In this document: one piece after another, positions 14,714 to 24,934 of the stretch
Layout: the number at the start of each line of letters is the position of its first letter
Position numbering within the stretch: position 1 is the stretch's first letter
Assembly: GCA_964586605.1 (NCBI GenBank)
Contig: CAZPGX010000003.1
Location: 1 to 47,452, forward strand
Origin: an uncultured Planctomycetia bacterium
Lineage (GTDB): Bacteria > Omnitrophota > Gorgyraeia > JAFGHF01
DNA length: 47,452 nt
Direction: 5' to 3'
Program-made: the position numbers and the translations under genes
The notes under the pieces: generated by a model
Told to the model about the DNA's origin: nothing
Database searches by the model: none
The model's input: the letters and a program-made list of their open reading frames with translations, nothing else

Positions 14714-15755
14714 CCTTCACCTCCCCTGTTTTATACTTCTTGTCCTTTTTCACTAGAACTCTCTCCACTTTTAGGTTCGGTTCTACCTCCAGATTCAGGT
14801 CCGAAACTACGCCCCTTTTATACAGTTGATATCCCAGGCCCGCCACCATTGCCGCGTTATCCTGGCAAAGGGTCTGTTCGGGAAAATAGACCTTAATTGC
14901 CTGTTCCTCTAGATTCGCAGTCAACGCTTCTCGTAAACGTTGATTTGCGATTACTCCCCCGCCGACAACAAACTGCTTAACTTTCATCAGGCTACAGGCA
15001 GTGAGCGACTTATCAACTAAAACATCTACTACTGCCTCTTGGAAACCTGCGGCAACATCCCCAAGCGTAGCGTTTGGGTGTTTATCTTTTGCATAATATA
15101 ACACTGCTGTTTTTAAACCACTGAAGCTAAAGTCTAGGCTGCCTCTTTCCAAATAGGAGCGCGGGAATTTTATCTTACCCTTATCGCCTCTTTTAGCCTT
15201 CTTCTCAATAACTGGCCCGCCGGGATAGCCTAGATTTAAAATCTTGGCTACCTTATCAAAGGCCTCGCCTGCGGCATCATCGCGCGTCCTGCCCAAAACC
15301 TGCCAGTGCAAGTAATCCTTTACATAAAAAAGGTTTGTATGGCCTCCGGAAACTACCAGGCCCACAAAAGGAAATTGTGGTTTCTTTTTCCCTAAGAGAG
15401 GCGCGTATAAATGGGCCTGGATATGGTTTATTCCCACCAGGGGCACGGGCAAAGCTAAACTTAAACTCTTAGCCAGGGAAAGGCCGATTAAAAGCGCCCC
15501 AACCAACCCCGGGCCATAGACAGCCGCTACTAAATCGATATCGCTTAAACTTACCCTGGCCTCATCCAACGCCTGCTCTAAAACATAATTAATCAGCTCA
15601 ACATGGTAGCGGGTGGCTATCTCAGGGACTACCCCGCCATATCTTTTATGCAAATGCAGGCTGGAAGAAACAACATTAGAAAAAACATTGCGCCCGTTTT
15701 CTACTACCGAAACTGCTGTCTCATCACAGGAGGTCTCAATACCTAATACTATCAT
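14703..15755 (-). CDS. tsaD: tRNA N6-adenosine threonylcarbamoyltransferase (Kae1/TsaD)
   Basis: 350 aa. MIVLGIETSCDETAVSVV, HVELINYV, SGGHTNL and DNAAMVA are hallmark TsaD motifs. Confidence 0.92.
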   Translation of the reverse strand: MIVLGIETSCDETAVSVVENGRNVFSNVVSSSLHLHKRYGGVVPEIATRYHVELINYVLEQALDEARVSLSDIDLVAAVYGPGLVGALLIGLSLAKSLSLALPVPLVGINHIQAHLYAPLLGKKKPQFPFVGLVVSGGHTNLFYVKDYLHWQVLGRTRDDAAGEAFDKVAKILNLGYPGGPVIEKKAKRGDKGKIKFPRSYLERGSLDFSFSGLKTAVLYYAKDKHPNATLGDVAAGFQEAVVDVLVDKSLTACSLMKVKQFVVGGGVIANQRLREALTANLEEQAIKVYFPEQTLCQDNAAMVAGLGYQLYKRGVVSDLNLEVEPNLKVERVLVKKDKKYKTGEVKDGF

Positions 15756-15763
15756 ATTTTAAG

Positions 15764-16537
15764 CTATTTTATCAACTCCGAAATAAAAACGAATTCAATG
15801 CCCTCGCGGCCCATTATGGCAGCTTCTTCTTTGAGCACCTCAAGCGTCTTAGACTTGGCGTGGCCGATGCCCACGGCCTGGCCTGCGGTTTTAGCAAATT
15901 CGCTCAGTTCTCTCACCTGCCCCCGGATATATTCTTTATCGTCTAAATTATCCAGAAAAACATCTCTTGAAGCAAATTTAAGTTTTAGCTCTTGGGCTAA
16001 CTGCTGGCAGACAGATTTATCCATTACTAAATTATCCAAGAAAAAAAGGCCTTTTTCTTTCAATTCAGCAAAGATTAACGACATAATTCGCTTATCTTTC
16101 GTAGCCCGCGAACCCATGTGGTTGGAAACCCCCTTGGCATAAGGCACAGAATCCAAAGCGCGTCTGGTAATCTTGGAAATTTCCTCGTCCGACATCCGGG
16201 AAGTAATCGTATCTTTCTCCAGGCCTATCTTTCTTCCCCTTTTCTCGGGCTCAAGGGGCAGATGCAGGATGACCTCCTGATTCAACCCATTGGCTATCCG
16301 GGCAATTTTCCTTGAGTATCTCAAATTAGGCAAGATAGAGATAGTTAGCGGAATATCCATCTCTTTTAACAGCTTTACGCAATACAAATTATATCCCCAG
16401 TCATCAAGCACTATTGCCACTTTCGCCTTGGGGACCTCTTTAAGCCCCAGACACCCCTTGCGCAGACAAAAGACCAGCAAGGTGACTGCCGCTAAAACAA
16501 CTACAGATAAAATTAAAATATTTTTCTTAATTTTCAC
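15764..16537 (-). CDS. Divergent polysaccharide deacetylase (YibQ-like)
   Basis: 257 aa with an N-terminal TM, then KVAIVLDDWGYN...ISILP...GVSNHMGS, typical of the divergent polysaccharide deacetylase family. Adjacency to ctp is common for this family. Confidence 0.75.
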   Translation of the reverse strand: MKIKKNILILSVVVLAAVTLLVFCLRKGCLGLKEVPKAKVAIVLDDWGYNLYCVKLLKEMDIPLTISILPNLRYSRKIARIANGLNQEVILHLPLEPEKRGRKIGLEKDTITSRMSDEEISKITRRALDSVPYAKGVSNHMGSRATKDKRIMSLIFAELKEKGLFFLDNLVMDKSVCQQLAQELKLKFASRDVFLDNLDDKEYIRGQVRELSEFAKTAGQAVGIGHAKSKTLEVLKEEAAIMGREGIEFVFISELIK

Positions 16538-17849
16538 CTCTGTAAACCTTAATCCCTTTTAATAAGTCCACAGCGTGCACCAGCTGGTTGTCGTAAAAAC
16601 CCTGTTCTTCCATAAATCCTTTCAGCGTGGTCCGGACTTGCCCTGTCTGGGGTTTGGTTTTCTCTTCTTTTGCTTTTTTCTCTTGCTGCTCTTCCTCAAC
16701 CTTTTCAAATATTTTCCCTGCTTCTTCTTCCTCTACCTTAAGCGCCTCTTCCAGGCTCTCTTCTTTAAACTTAACTTCTACGTCGGGTTCGATGCCTTTC
16801 TCGTGAATACATATTCCGCTGGGAGTGTAATACTTACTGGTGGTCAGCCGCAGCGCCGAGCCGTCCATTAGAGGCACGACTGTCTGCACAGAGCCCTTGC
16901 CAAAGGTCTTTGTGCCTAAAAGCACACCTCTTTTGTGGTCCTTGATTGCCCCGGCGACAATCTCCGAGCCTGAAGCCGAACCGCCGCTAATCATCACCAC
17001 CAAAGGATACTCGCGGTGAGCGCCCCTGCCCCCTGAGCGGAATTCAAAATCCTGTCCTCCTGCCCGTCCGCGGGTGGATACTATCACCTCACCGGCCGGG
17101 ATAAATTTCTCACTCACCTTCACTGCCGAATCCAGCAGCCCTCCGGGATTATTGCGCAAATCTAAAATCAAGCTGTCCAGCCCTGCTGCCTCCAACTCGC
17201 GCAGTGCCTTTTCTAAATCCTGGGGGCTTCGTTCCTGAAATTCCGAAAGCCTGACATAGCCGATGTTATCCTCAAACAATTTTGCCTTGCGGATACTCTT
17301 GACCTTGATGATATCCCTGGTAATCGTAAAGTCCAGGAGTTTCTCTGCTCCCTCGCGCATTACGGTTATGGTCACCTCTGTTCCCGGCTCACCGCGAAGC
17401 TTCTTTACCGCCTCCATCAGGGTGATATCTTTGGTGACCTCATCCTCTATCTTGACTATCTTGTCATTGGCCTTTAAGCCGATATGATAGGCCGGGGTAT
17501 CGTCTATCGGGGCAATGATTGTGAGCAGCCCATCTTTAATGGCGATCTGAATCCCTAAACCGCCGAATTCCCCTTCTGTCTCCACCTTGACTTCATTGTA
17601 TGCCTCGGGGGTCAGGAACTGGCTGTAATCGTCCAGTGAACGCAGCATCCCTTTTAAGGCGCCGTAGATTAAGTCCTTATATTTGGCCTCTTCCACATAA
17701 TCCGAGCGAATCATTACCAGGGCGTCGGTAAACAACTCTATCTCCTGATAAAAATCATCTTCCTTTTGCTCCTCGCCGATTACCCCTTGGGCATGAAGAA
17801 TGAAGATTGCACTAATTACCACTAACGACGCAACCAAGACTTTACGCAT
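16527..17849 (-). CDS. ctp: S41 carboxy-terminal processing peptidase
   Basis: 440 aa with a signal peptide and a PDZ region (GLKANDKIVKIED). The S41 catalytic region is present (NPGGLLDSAV...SASGSEIVAGA...GTKTFGKGSVQ). Confidence 0.9.
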   Translation of the reverse strand: MRKVLVASLVVISAIFILHAQGVIGEEQKEDDFYQEIELFTDALVMIRSDYVEEAKYKDLIYGALKGMLRSLDDYSQFLTPEAYNEVKVETEGEFGGLGIQIAIKDGLLTIIAPIDDTPAYHIGLKANDKIVKIEDEVTKDITLMEAVKKLRGEPGTEVTITVMREGAEKLLDFTITRDIIKVKSIRKAKLFEDNIGYVRLSEFQERSPQDLEKALRELEAAGLDSLILDLRNNPGGLLDSAVKVSEKFIPAGEVIVSTRGRAGGQDFEFRSGGRGAHREYPLVVMISGGSASGSEIVAGAIKDHKRGVLLGTKTFGKGSVQTVVPLMDGSALRLTTSKYYTPSGICIHEKGIEPDVEVKFKEESLEEALKVEEEEAGKIFEKVEEEQQEKKAKEEKTKPQTGQVRTTLKGFMEEQGFYDNQLVHAVDLLKGIKVYRGEN

Positions 17850-19275
17850 CCTTTCCCTCCTCTAATTTTTTCTTTAATAACTTATTGGCCAGCTCTGGAT
17901 TGGCCTGGCCGCGGCTGGCGCGCATAATCTGGCCGACCAAAAAACCAAAGGCATTGGCCTTTCCCCCGCGATAATCCTCAACCGGCTTGGGGTTGTCCTT
18001 AACTACTTGTTCAATAATCCTATCAAGCTTACCCGAGTCGCTAATCTGTGAAAGGCCTCTATCCCTGACAATATCACCGGGCTCTTTTTTACCGTCTAAG
18101 ACTTCGGGTAAAATCTCTTTGGCAATCTTGCCGCTAATCTCACCGGTCTCAATCATCTTTAAAAGAGTCACAAAGGTTTTGGGTTTAAGTTTAAGATGAC
18201 GCACTTCTATATTGCGGGCATTTAGCTGGGCAAGGAGTTCACTCATAATCCAGTTGCTGATTACTTTAGGGCTATTATAGATTTTAACACAATTTTCAAA
18301 ATATTGGCTTAAATATTTATCGGCGGTCAAAACATTGGCATCATATTCGGGGATCTTATATTCGCGCACAAAGCGACTGGCCTTGGCTTGAGATAATTCC
18401 GGCAGGGACTTCTCAATCTCCTTGATATAGGCCTCACTTAAAATAAAGGGCACTAAGTCGGGTTCGGGAAAATAACGGTAATCATGGGCCTCTTCTTTGC
18501 TGCGCATAACTTCAGTCTTGTTCTCTTCGCTATTCCAAAGGCGGGTCTCCTGGACTATTCTTTTTTTCTGGTCTAGGAGCTTACCCTGGCGCTTGATTTC
18601 ATACTCCAGGGCCTGTTTTACGCCTTTGAAGGAATTCATATTTTTAAGTTCTACTTTCTCACCCAATTCTTTTGAGCCTTCTTGGCTTAGTGAGATATTG
18701 GCATCGCATCTTAGGGAACCTTCTTCCATATTGCAGTCGGAAACCTCTAAATATTTTAAGATTCTCTTTAGACGCACCAGATACTCATTGGCCTCATCGG
18801 CTGACGCAATCTCCGGTTCGCTGACAACCTCTAAAAGAGGCATCCCGCAACGATTGAAGTCTACCAGGCTCTGGCCTTTTTCGTGAATCAGTTTTCCGGC
18901 ATCCTCCTCAAGGTGCGCGCGGCGGATGCGGATTCGCCTGGGGCCGGTCCCTGTATCTATAGAAAGAGAGCCGCCGCTGGCAACAGGCAAATCGTATTGA
19001 GAAATCTGAAAATTCTTGGGCAGGTCCGGATAAAAGTAATTCTTGCGGTCAAACTTAATCAATTTGGAAATCTTACAATCCAGGGCTAGGGCTGCCTTAA
19101 TAGCAAGCTTTAAGGCCTCTTCGTTTAGAACGGGCAGGCTTCCCGGAAGGCCTAAACACACAGGACAACTCTGTGAATTGGGCCGCTGGCCGAATTCGGT
19201 GGAGCAGCCGCAGAAACACTTACTTCTGGTAGCTAAATGCGCATGCACCTCTAAACCGATAACAACTCTATACAT
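17842..19275 (-). CDS. gatB: Asp/Glu-tRNA(Asn/Gln) amidotransferase subunit B
   Basis: The start is set at [14 protein letters not shown], the canonical GatB N-terminus, giving an 8-nt overlap with gatA. A C-terminal YqeY/GatB domain is present. Confidence 0.93.
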   Translation of the reverse strand: MYRVVIGLEVHAHLATRSKCFCGCSTEFGQRPNSQSCPVCLGLPGSLPVLNEEALKLAIKAALALDCKISKLIKFDRKNYFYPDLPKNFQISQYDLPVASGGSLSIDTGTGPRRIRIRRAHLEEDAGKLIHEKGQSLVDFNRCGMPLLEVVSEPEIASADEANEYLVRLKRILKYLEVSDCNMEEGSLRCDANISLSQEGSKELGEKVELKNMNSFKGVKQALEYEIKRQGKLLDQKKRIVQETRLWNSEENKTEVMRSKEEAHDYRYFPEPDLVPFILSEAYIKEIEKSLPELSQAKASRFVREYKIPEYDANVLTADKYLSQYFENCVKIYNSPKVISNWIMSELLAQLNARNIEVRHLKLKPKTFVTLLKMIETGEISGKIAKEILPEVLDGKKEPGDIVRDRGLSQISDSGKLDRIIEQVVKDNPKPVEDYRGGKANAFGFLVGQIMRASRGQANPELANKLLKKKLEEGKDA

Positions 19276-20716
19276 TTGGCCTTTTTTTGTGGTGTTCTGT
19301 GTTTTGTTCAAAAGCAAAGGCTGTGCGCAACATGGTCTGTTCATCAAAGGCGCGGGCAATAACTTGCAGGCCTACAGGCAGGCCTTCGCTGTTTAGTCCG
19401 CAAGGCAGGGATATTGCCGGCAGCCCCGCTAAATTAACTGATATAGTATAGATGTCCGATAAATACATTGCCAAGGGATCATCCGTGCGTTCACCAATCT
19501 TAAAGGCAGCTGTAGGTGATGTCGGCGTAATCAGACAATCTACCTTTTTGAAGGCCGCATCAAAGTCTTCTTTGATCAGCCGGCGCACCTTCAAGGCCCG
19601 CAGATAATAGGCATCATAATAGCCGCTTGATAAGGCATAGGTGCCTAAAATAATCCGCCGCTTAGCCTCCTCGCCAAGGCCCTCACCTCTTGTCTTAAAA
19701 TACATCTCGATTAAATCCGAAGGTTTGGCTCTCCTGTGCCCATACTGCACGCCGTCAAAGCGGGCCAGGTTTGAGCTGGCCTCGGCTGTGGCCAGGATAT
19801 AATAATCCGCTACCGCATATTCTGTATGCGGAAGTGAAATCTCTTTTACCTTAGCGCCCAGGCCTGTTAAGACATCCAGGGCCGCGGCAACCTGCGTTTT
19901 TACCTCATTATCTAATCCTTTGGCAAAATATTCCTTTGGGATGCCTATTTTCAAACCCTTGACGTCAGGCTTTAAATTCTTGGTGTAATCAGGCACTTTC
20001 TCCTCTGCACAGGTAGAATCCATCAGATCATGCCCGGAAATCACATTTAAAAGCAGTGCGGCATCCTCTACATCTTTGGCAAACGGGCCGATCTGGTCTA
20101 GAGACGAGGCAAAGGCAATCAGACCATAACGGGAAACCCGCCCATAAGTCGGCTTCAAGCCCACCACCCCGCAAAGAGCAGCCGGTTGGCGGATAGAGCC
20201 GCCGGTATCCGAACCCAGGGCCAGAATAGTCTCATCCGCGGCCACTGATGCAGCCGAGCCGCCGCTTGAGCCGCCGGGAATGCGCTTTAGGTCCCAGGGA
20301 TTATGCGTGGGCCCGTAGCAAGAGGTCTCACAGGATGAGCCAAAGGCAAATTCATCCATATTGGCCCGGGCTAAGATTAGCGCGCCCTCTTGTTTCAATC
20401 GACTGACAACCGTGGCATCATAGGGCGGTTTGAACCCTTTCAATATCCTTGATGAGCAGGTGGTATCCTGGCCTGCTACGCAGATATTATCCTTGATTAC
20501 AACCGGGACGCCAAAGAGTTTACCCTTGCGGGGACCTTTCTCCAGTTGCTCGCATTGGGCTAAGACATCCTGTTTATCCACAAGGCAGAGCGCCTTAACC
20601 TTTTTTTCCGTCCGCTCAATTCTCTTTAACAGGTCTTCGGCAACCTCTTTGACCGAGGTCTTTTTCTTGGCGATTAGATTGGTAAGTTCGTGGGCGGTGA
20701 GTTTATGCAGTTCCAT
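19268..20716 (-). CDS. gatA: Glutamyl-tRNA(Gln) amidotransferase subunit A
   Basis: 482 aa with the amidase signature [13 protein letters not shown]...[13 protein letters not shown]. Confidence 0.93.
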   Translation of the reverse strand: MELHKLTAHELTNLIAKKKTSVKEVAEDLLKRIERTEKKVKALCLVDKQDVLAQCEQLEKGPRKGKLFGVPVVIKDNICVAGQDTTCSSRILKGFKPPYDATVVSRLKQEGALILARANMDEFAFGSSCETSCYGPTHNPWDLKRIPGGSSGGSAASVAADETILALGSDTGGSIRQPAALCGVVGLKPTYGRVSRYGLIAFASSLDQIGPFAKDVEDAALLLNVISGHDLMDSTCAEEKVPDYTKNLKPDVKGLKIGIPKEYFAKGLDNEVKTQVAAALDVLTGLGAKVKEISLPHTEYAVADYYILATAEASSNLARFDGVQYGHRRAKPSDLIEMYFKTRGEGLGEEAKRRIILGTYALSSGYYDAYYLRALKVRRLIKEDFDAAFKKVDCLITPTSPTAAFKIGERTDDPLAMYLSDIYTISVNLAGLPAISLPCGLNSEGLPVGLQVIARAFDEQTMLRTAFAFEQNTEHHKKRPNV

Positions 20717-20988
20717 TATTCGATTACTTTCGGCACGCTAAAACTGCTGTCCTTCTTTGCCGGGGCATTCTTCAGCACTTTCTCTACGGGTAAAGATGGC
20801 TTGACCTTATCTTCGCGAAAGACATTCTTCAATGGCAAGACATGGCTCATCGGCTCAACTTTGTCCACCTTGAGCTCCTTGAGCTTCTCAATGTAGCCTA
20901 ATATATCGCTTAATTGTTTGGTGAGTTTTTTCTTCTGGGAGACGTTTAGGTCAATCCTGGCAAGCTTCGCTACATACTCTATATCCAT
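20716..20988 (-). CDS. gatC: Asp/Glu-tRNA amidotransferase subunit C
   Basis: 90 aa. VAKLARIDL...L..IL.Y...L is typical of GatC. A TAATG junction links it to gatA. Confidence 0.85.
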   Translation of the reverse strand: MDIEYVAKLARIDLNVSQKKKLTKQLSDILGYIEKLKELKVDKVEPMSHVLPLKNVFREDKVKPSLPVEKVLKNAPAKKDSSFSVPKVIE

Positions 20989-21088
20989 ATCACATCCCCT
21001 GCTATAGCGTATTATAATAAGTATATTAATGTAATACTATTAGCCTATAATAATCAGCCCTATAGTAAGCATTAATTCAAGTGCTATT

Positions 21089-21117
21089 ACCTTATCACAC
21101 CCCCCTCCAAAAGTCAA
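21089..21117 (-). promoter_or_regulatory. Possible sigma70-like promoter of gatCAB (weak -10)
   Basis: The minus strand reads TTGACT-17 bp-TAAGGT, about 100 nt upstream of the gatC ATG. The -10 is poor, so confidence is low. Confidence 0.3.
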
Positions 21118-21120
21118 TAT

Positions 21121-21181
21121 GCAAAAAGGGGCCAGTCAAAAGGGGCCTGACGCTTTTTGCTGTTTTAGCCCGGCCTAAACA
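21121..21181 (-). terminator. Terminator-like region after the GH5 gene
   Basis: The minus strand has TGTTTAG-GCCGGG-CTAAAACA. It is followed by GCAAAAAG-(24 nt containing two direct GGCCCCTTTT copies)-CTTTTTGC. Confidence 0.35.
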
Positions 21182-21199
21182 GGCAATGCCTCTTATTGG

Positions 21200-22390
21200 T
21201 TAGAAATACTTACCCAGCAGGTTGCTGAGGTGCTTGTTTTTGCTGAATTTCGCGGTTTTCCAGGAGGCGCTGATTTGTTTCTTCAGCGGTTTCCAGAGTT
21301 TATAGAAGTTTTCCCAGCCAAGGATTGGCCCTTCCCTTTTTATCCAGGGCTGATCAGGCAGATACTGCCAGATGCCGTCGGGATAGAAGACATTGGCCAC
21401 GGCCTTATATGACCAATAAGTCCAGTGGAAACCAAACTGCTTAAAACACTCCAAGACGTCCTTTAAGTAACGCAGTTCCCCGGAATATTTGGGTGAGCGG
21501 TAATTGACCCCGAACTCACCGACAAGAATAGGTACCTGCCATTTCTCGGCCAGGGCCTGATAAGGGGCGATGTACTTACGGAGTTGGGCCTTATCCCAAC
21601 GCTTACCGTCAATCATTCCGGGATACCTCAGGTGGGGCTGAAAGTTAAAGGTAAAGTTAAGCGGCTGATAGACATGGATGCTGTAGGCGGTATTTTTATC
21701 TTTTGGCCTGCCTAAAACTTTCAACCGTTGCCCATAATGATCCGCTTCCAGAAATAAAATATGCTTTTGATCTATTTTTCTAATCGCGCGAATAGTTCTC
21801 TGGTATAATTGGGGCAAAAGTTTAGGATTTTTAGGCACCGGCTCATTAATTACATCATAACCTGCAATAGCGGCCTCATTTTTATAGCGGAAGGCAATCT
21901 TACGCCATAAAGCGAAATACTGCCTCTGAAATTTTCTATCCTTCCAGAACAGGGCCCGCCCGTCGGAATCACTGTGCCAGTCTATATTTTGTGCGCCAGG
22001 AGCAGCATGCATATCTAAAATACAGTAGAGGCCCTCTTTTCTGCACCATTTAATGGCCTGATCCAGATAATTCCAAGCTTTATCTTTGGTAATCAAGCGA
22101 TAATTAAAAGGCAAACGAACACAATTTGCGCCCAGTTTCTTGATTCTTTTGATATCTTGACTGGTAATAAAGTTTTTGCGATAGGCCCGGGTAAAATTCT
22201 GCAATTCTTTTTGGCCGTTATGGCGGGCGAACTCACGTTTGAAGATATGCTCGCCAAAATTACGCCCGTTGAGGAAATACCCCTCCATCAAGAGCCAGGC
22301 GCCTAAATTCACCCCGCGCAGATAAACCTTTTTACCGCTCTCGTTAACAATATCTTTGCCTTTTACCCTAAGTAAGGATAATTTACTCAA
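21200..22390 (-). CDS. Glycoside hydrolase family 5 (cellulase-like), no signal peptide
   Basis: 396 aa. NCVRLPF, GYDVINEP (acid/base Glu) and ILVGEFG (nucleophile Glu) are typical GH5 blocks. Confidence 0.8.
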   Translation of the reverse strand: MSKLSLLRVKGKDIVNESGKKVYLRGVNLGAWLLMEGYFLNGRNFGEHIFKREFARHNGQKELQNFTRAYRKNFITSQDIKRIKKLGANCVRLPFNYRLITKDKAWNYLDQAIKWCRKEGLYCILDMHAAPGAQNIDWHSDSDGRALFWKDRKFQRQYFALWRKIAFRYKNEAAIAGYDVINEPVPKNPKLLPQLYQRTIRAIRKIDQKHILFLEADHYGQRLKVLGRPKDKNTAYSIHVYQPLNFTFNFQPHLRYPGMIDGKRWDKAQLRKYIAPYQALAEKWQVPILVGEFGVNYRSPKYSGELRYLKDVLECFKQFGFHWTYWSYKAVANVFYPDGIWQYLPDQPWIKREGPILGWENFYKLWKPLKKQISASWKTAKFSKNKHLSNLLGKYF

Positions 22391-23238
22391 AACCTAATCC
22401 CCCGTTTGCAAAATACATCCTCTATCCTGGCAAAATCACTTAAAGAAAGATTCTCCGCCCTCAGGCGCCCCTTGAGGCCCTGACTTTTTAAGGCCTGTTC
22501 AATCTTTTTCTTCTCTTCTTTGCCCAATTTGGCGCTTAGAGAATTAACAATAGTCTTGCGGCGCTGGCTGAATGAGCGGTGGACAATCTTAAAAAACTGC
22601 TCCTCATCTCTGACCGAGACAGCCGGTTTTGACAAAAGCCGCAGATGCATAAATACAGAATCTACCCTGGGCTGGGGGTAAAAGGCCTTTTTGGGAATGG
22701 TAAACAGCATTATGGGGTGAGTAAAATATTGGATAAACACGCTTAAGGAGGAGTAATTCTTATGGTTTTGCTTAGATACCAGGCGCTTGGCTACCTCATG
22801 CTGGACGGTAATAAAGACATCGCTAAAGCGCTTAAAACCCGCCTTCAGAAGCAAGCCGATAATCGGTGTGGTAATATAAAATGGAAGGTTACCGACAACC
22901 TTGGCCTGCCTTTTAAACAGGCCGGATACGTCAACCTTCAGGATATCCCGATTGATAATTTTAAGATTATTGTATTTTGACAGCGCCTGCCCCAACACCC
23001 TGGCCATGCCCTTATCCTTCTCCAGGGCAATAACCTTAGCTGCCCGCATGGCTAAGTCTTCGGTTAAGGCGCCCAGGCCGGAGCCAATCTCTATAATCTC
23101 ATCGGTAGAATTTATGTTTAGGGCCTGAATAATCTTTTTTTGCAAATGGGCATCAACCAAAAAGTTTTGCCCGCGGTATTTGCTGATTGAGAGCCGCTCT
23201 TCTTTTAAGAGTTTCTTAATCCCGGCAATAGTCAGCAT
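22387..23238 (-). CDS. rsmA: 16S rRNA (adenine1518/1519-N6)-dimethyltransferase
   Basis: 283 aa with GQNFLVD, the SAM-binding EIGSGLGALT, and NLPFYITTP. Confidence 0.92.
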   Translation of the reverse strand: MLTIAGIKKLLKEERLSISKYRGQNFLVDAHLQKKIIQALNINSTDEIIEIGSGLGALTEDLAMRAAKVIALEKDKGMARVLGQALSKYNNLKIINRDILKVDVSGLFKRQAKVVGNLPFYITTPIIGLLLKAGFKRFSDVFITVQHEVAKRLVSKQNHKNYSSLSVFIQYFTHPIMLFTIPKKAFYPQPRVDSVFMHLRLLSKPAVSVRDEEQFFKIVHRSFSQRRKTIVNSLSAKLGKEEKKKIEQALKSQGLKGRLRAENLSLSDFARIEDVFCKRGIRF

Positions 23239-24071
23239 TAGCGTATTTTAGCTACGTCTCCTGCTAAAATGTGCTGTTTAAAACCATTGTCCAGACGCAC
23301 AATCAAGGCGCCCTGGGCATCTATCCCCTGAGACTGGCCCTCAATAGTCTTCTCAGCAAGCTTAACCTTAAGGCGCTTGCCGCAGAAGGCGGATAGGTTT
23401 CTCCATTGGGTAATGATTTTTGCACTGCCCTTATCCTTAAAAAAAGAATATTCCTGGTCAAGCCGGCGCAGAAGTCCACGGGCCAGCTCTACCCGGGAAA
23501 ACTCCCTTCCTGCCTCTTCTTTTAAAGAACTTGCCTGTGAGGGCAATTTACCTGTCGGCGTATTTACGTTAATGCCGATGCCTAAGATGATGTACTCAAG
23601 GTGGCTGTTTTCTGTCTGCATTTCGGTAAGAATACCACAGAGCTTCTTGTTATTCACCAAGATATCATTGGGCCAGCGGATTAAGGCCTGCTGGCCTGAT
23701 ATTTTCCTGATTGCCTCAGCACAAGCCACTGCGGCCAAAAGCGTAACCAGCGAGGCCTTTTTAAGGCTAATCTTCGGCCGCAGGATTAAAGAAAGATAAA
23801 TCCCCTTATTTTTAGGCGAAACCCAACCCCTGCCCAGACGCCCGCGCCCCTTTCTCTGGCCCTCGGCAAAAACGGCTGCTCCCTCCCCCAGGCCGGCCTT
23901 AGCTAAAGAAAAGGCTATGCTATTTGTAGAGTCAACGACATTATAAGAAAAAATCTTTTTCCCGATAACCTTAGTATTCAGCCGCCGGCTCAATTCCTCG
24001 GGGATTAGCCTATCGGCAGGAACAGACTCATCCTGATGCGCACGCAGTATTTTTAATATCCGCTCATCCAT
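23238..24071 (-). CDS. birA: Biotin--[acetyl-CoA-carboxylase] ligase
   Basis: 277 aa with GRGRLGRGW (biotin protein ligase signature) and KWPNDIL-like RWPNDILV. Confidence 0.88.
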   Translation of the reverse strand: MDERILKILRAHQDESVPADRLIPEELSRRLNTKVIGKKIFSYNVVDSTNSIAFSLAKAGLGEGAAVFAEGQRKGRGRLGRGWVSPKNKGIYLSLILRPKISLKKASLVTLLAAVACAEAIRKISGQQALIRWPNDILVNNKKLCGILTEMQTENSHLEYIILGIGINVNTPTGKLPSQASSLKEEAGREFSRVELARGLLRRLDQEYSFFKDKGSAKIITQWRNLSAFCGKRLKVKLAEKTIEGQSQGIDAQGALIVRLDNGFKQHILAGDVAKIR

Positions 24072-24094
24072 TCAAATGCCTAACTAATCTAAAT

Positions 24095-24931
24095 TTATTC
24101 ACAGTCCAGCGCTATGTCCAGCGCACCAGCCGAATGGGTTAGCTCTCCTATGGAGATTCTCTCTACGCCTGTGGCGGCAATCCTGCGCACGTTGCTCAAG
24201 TTTACGCCGCCGGAGACTTCAAGTTTCACTGAAGCGCTTTTTATTTTTACTGCCTTTTTGATATTAGCCACGCTAAAGTTATCCAACATTATAATATCCG
24301 GCCTGGCTTTAAGAACTTCTCTAAATTCTCTTATATTCTTTACTTCTATTTCAATCTTTCTACCTTGGGCATTTTTTCTTATTTTATCAATTATATCTTT
24401 TAGCTTTAAACTTTTAACTTTAAACTTTAAACTACTTAGATGATTATCTTTTATCAACACCTGATCCGAGAGGTTTAAGCGATGATTCACTCCCCCGCCG
24501 CAGCGCACCGCGTATTTCTCCAAGCTCCGCAAACCCGGAGTGGTCTTACGCGTATCCATAATTTTAACTTTATAGGGCCTTACTTTTTGCACATAGCGAT
24601 TAGTCAAAGTAGCAACCCCCGAGAGGTGGCTCAAAAAATTCAAGGCTACGCGCTCGCCTCCTAAAATACTTACGGCCTTACCTTGCAAGCGCGCCAAGAC
24701 CTGGCCTTTTTTAACCTGTTTTCCGTCGCTGGTGGCGGGTTTAAAATGAATATTTTTATCTACCGTCTTAAACACAAGCCTGGCCACAGCCAACCCGCAG
24801 ACAATGCCTTTTTCTTTAGCTATTATCCTGGCCTTAATCTTCTGCTTGGCCGAAATAATAAGTTTGGTGGTAATATCGCCAGAGCCAATATCTTCTCTTA
24901 AGGCCAACTTTACTATCTCTAAATTTTTCAT
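24095..24931 (-). CDS. nadC: Nicotinate-nucleotide pyrophosphorylase (quinolinate phosphoribosyltransferase)
   Basis: 278 aa. EDIGSGDITT, ERVALNFL..LSG.AT, DTRKTTPGLR and IMLDN are typical NadC blocks. Confidence 0.9.
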   Translation of the reverse strand: MKNLEIVKLALREDIGSGDITTKLIISAKQKIKARIIAKEKGIVCGLAVARLVFKTVDKNIHFKPATSDGKQVKKGQVLARLQGKAVSILGGERVALNFLSHLSGVATLTNRYVQKVRPYKVKIMDTRKTTPGLRSLEKYAVRCGGGVNHRLNLSDQVLIKDNHLSSLKFKVKSLKLKDIIDKIRKNAQGRKIEIEVKNIREFREVLKARPDIIMLDNFSVANIKKAVKIKSASVKLEVSGGVNLSNVRRIAATGVERISIGELTHSAGALDIALDCE

Positions 24932-24934
24932 CTC

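Noticed and set aside
14211-14756. 181-aa plus-strand ORF, and the other long plus-strand ORFs (e.g. 1807..2280, 5795..6265, 33946..34395, 39473..39970, 41609..42115)
   Set aside because: All lie antisense to minus-strand genes with unmistakable family motifs. They have low-complexity Ser/Leu/Pro-rich translations, no RBS and no recognisable domains. They are shadow ORFs.
19276-19359. N-terminal extensions offered by the ORF track (GatB to 19359, CysE to 45661, acyl-CoA ligase to 11491, PilX-like to 9876, Zn-ribbon to 12180, orphan to 47289)
   Set aside because: The internal starts restore canonical family N-termini ([27 protein letters not shown]). They are preceded by good RBSs and remove long overlaps with upstream genes or promoters.
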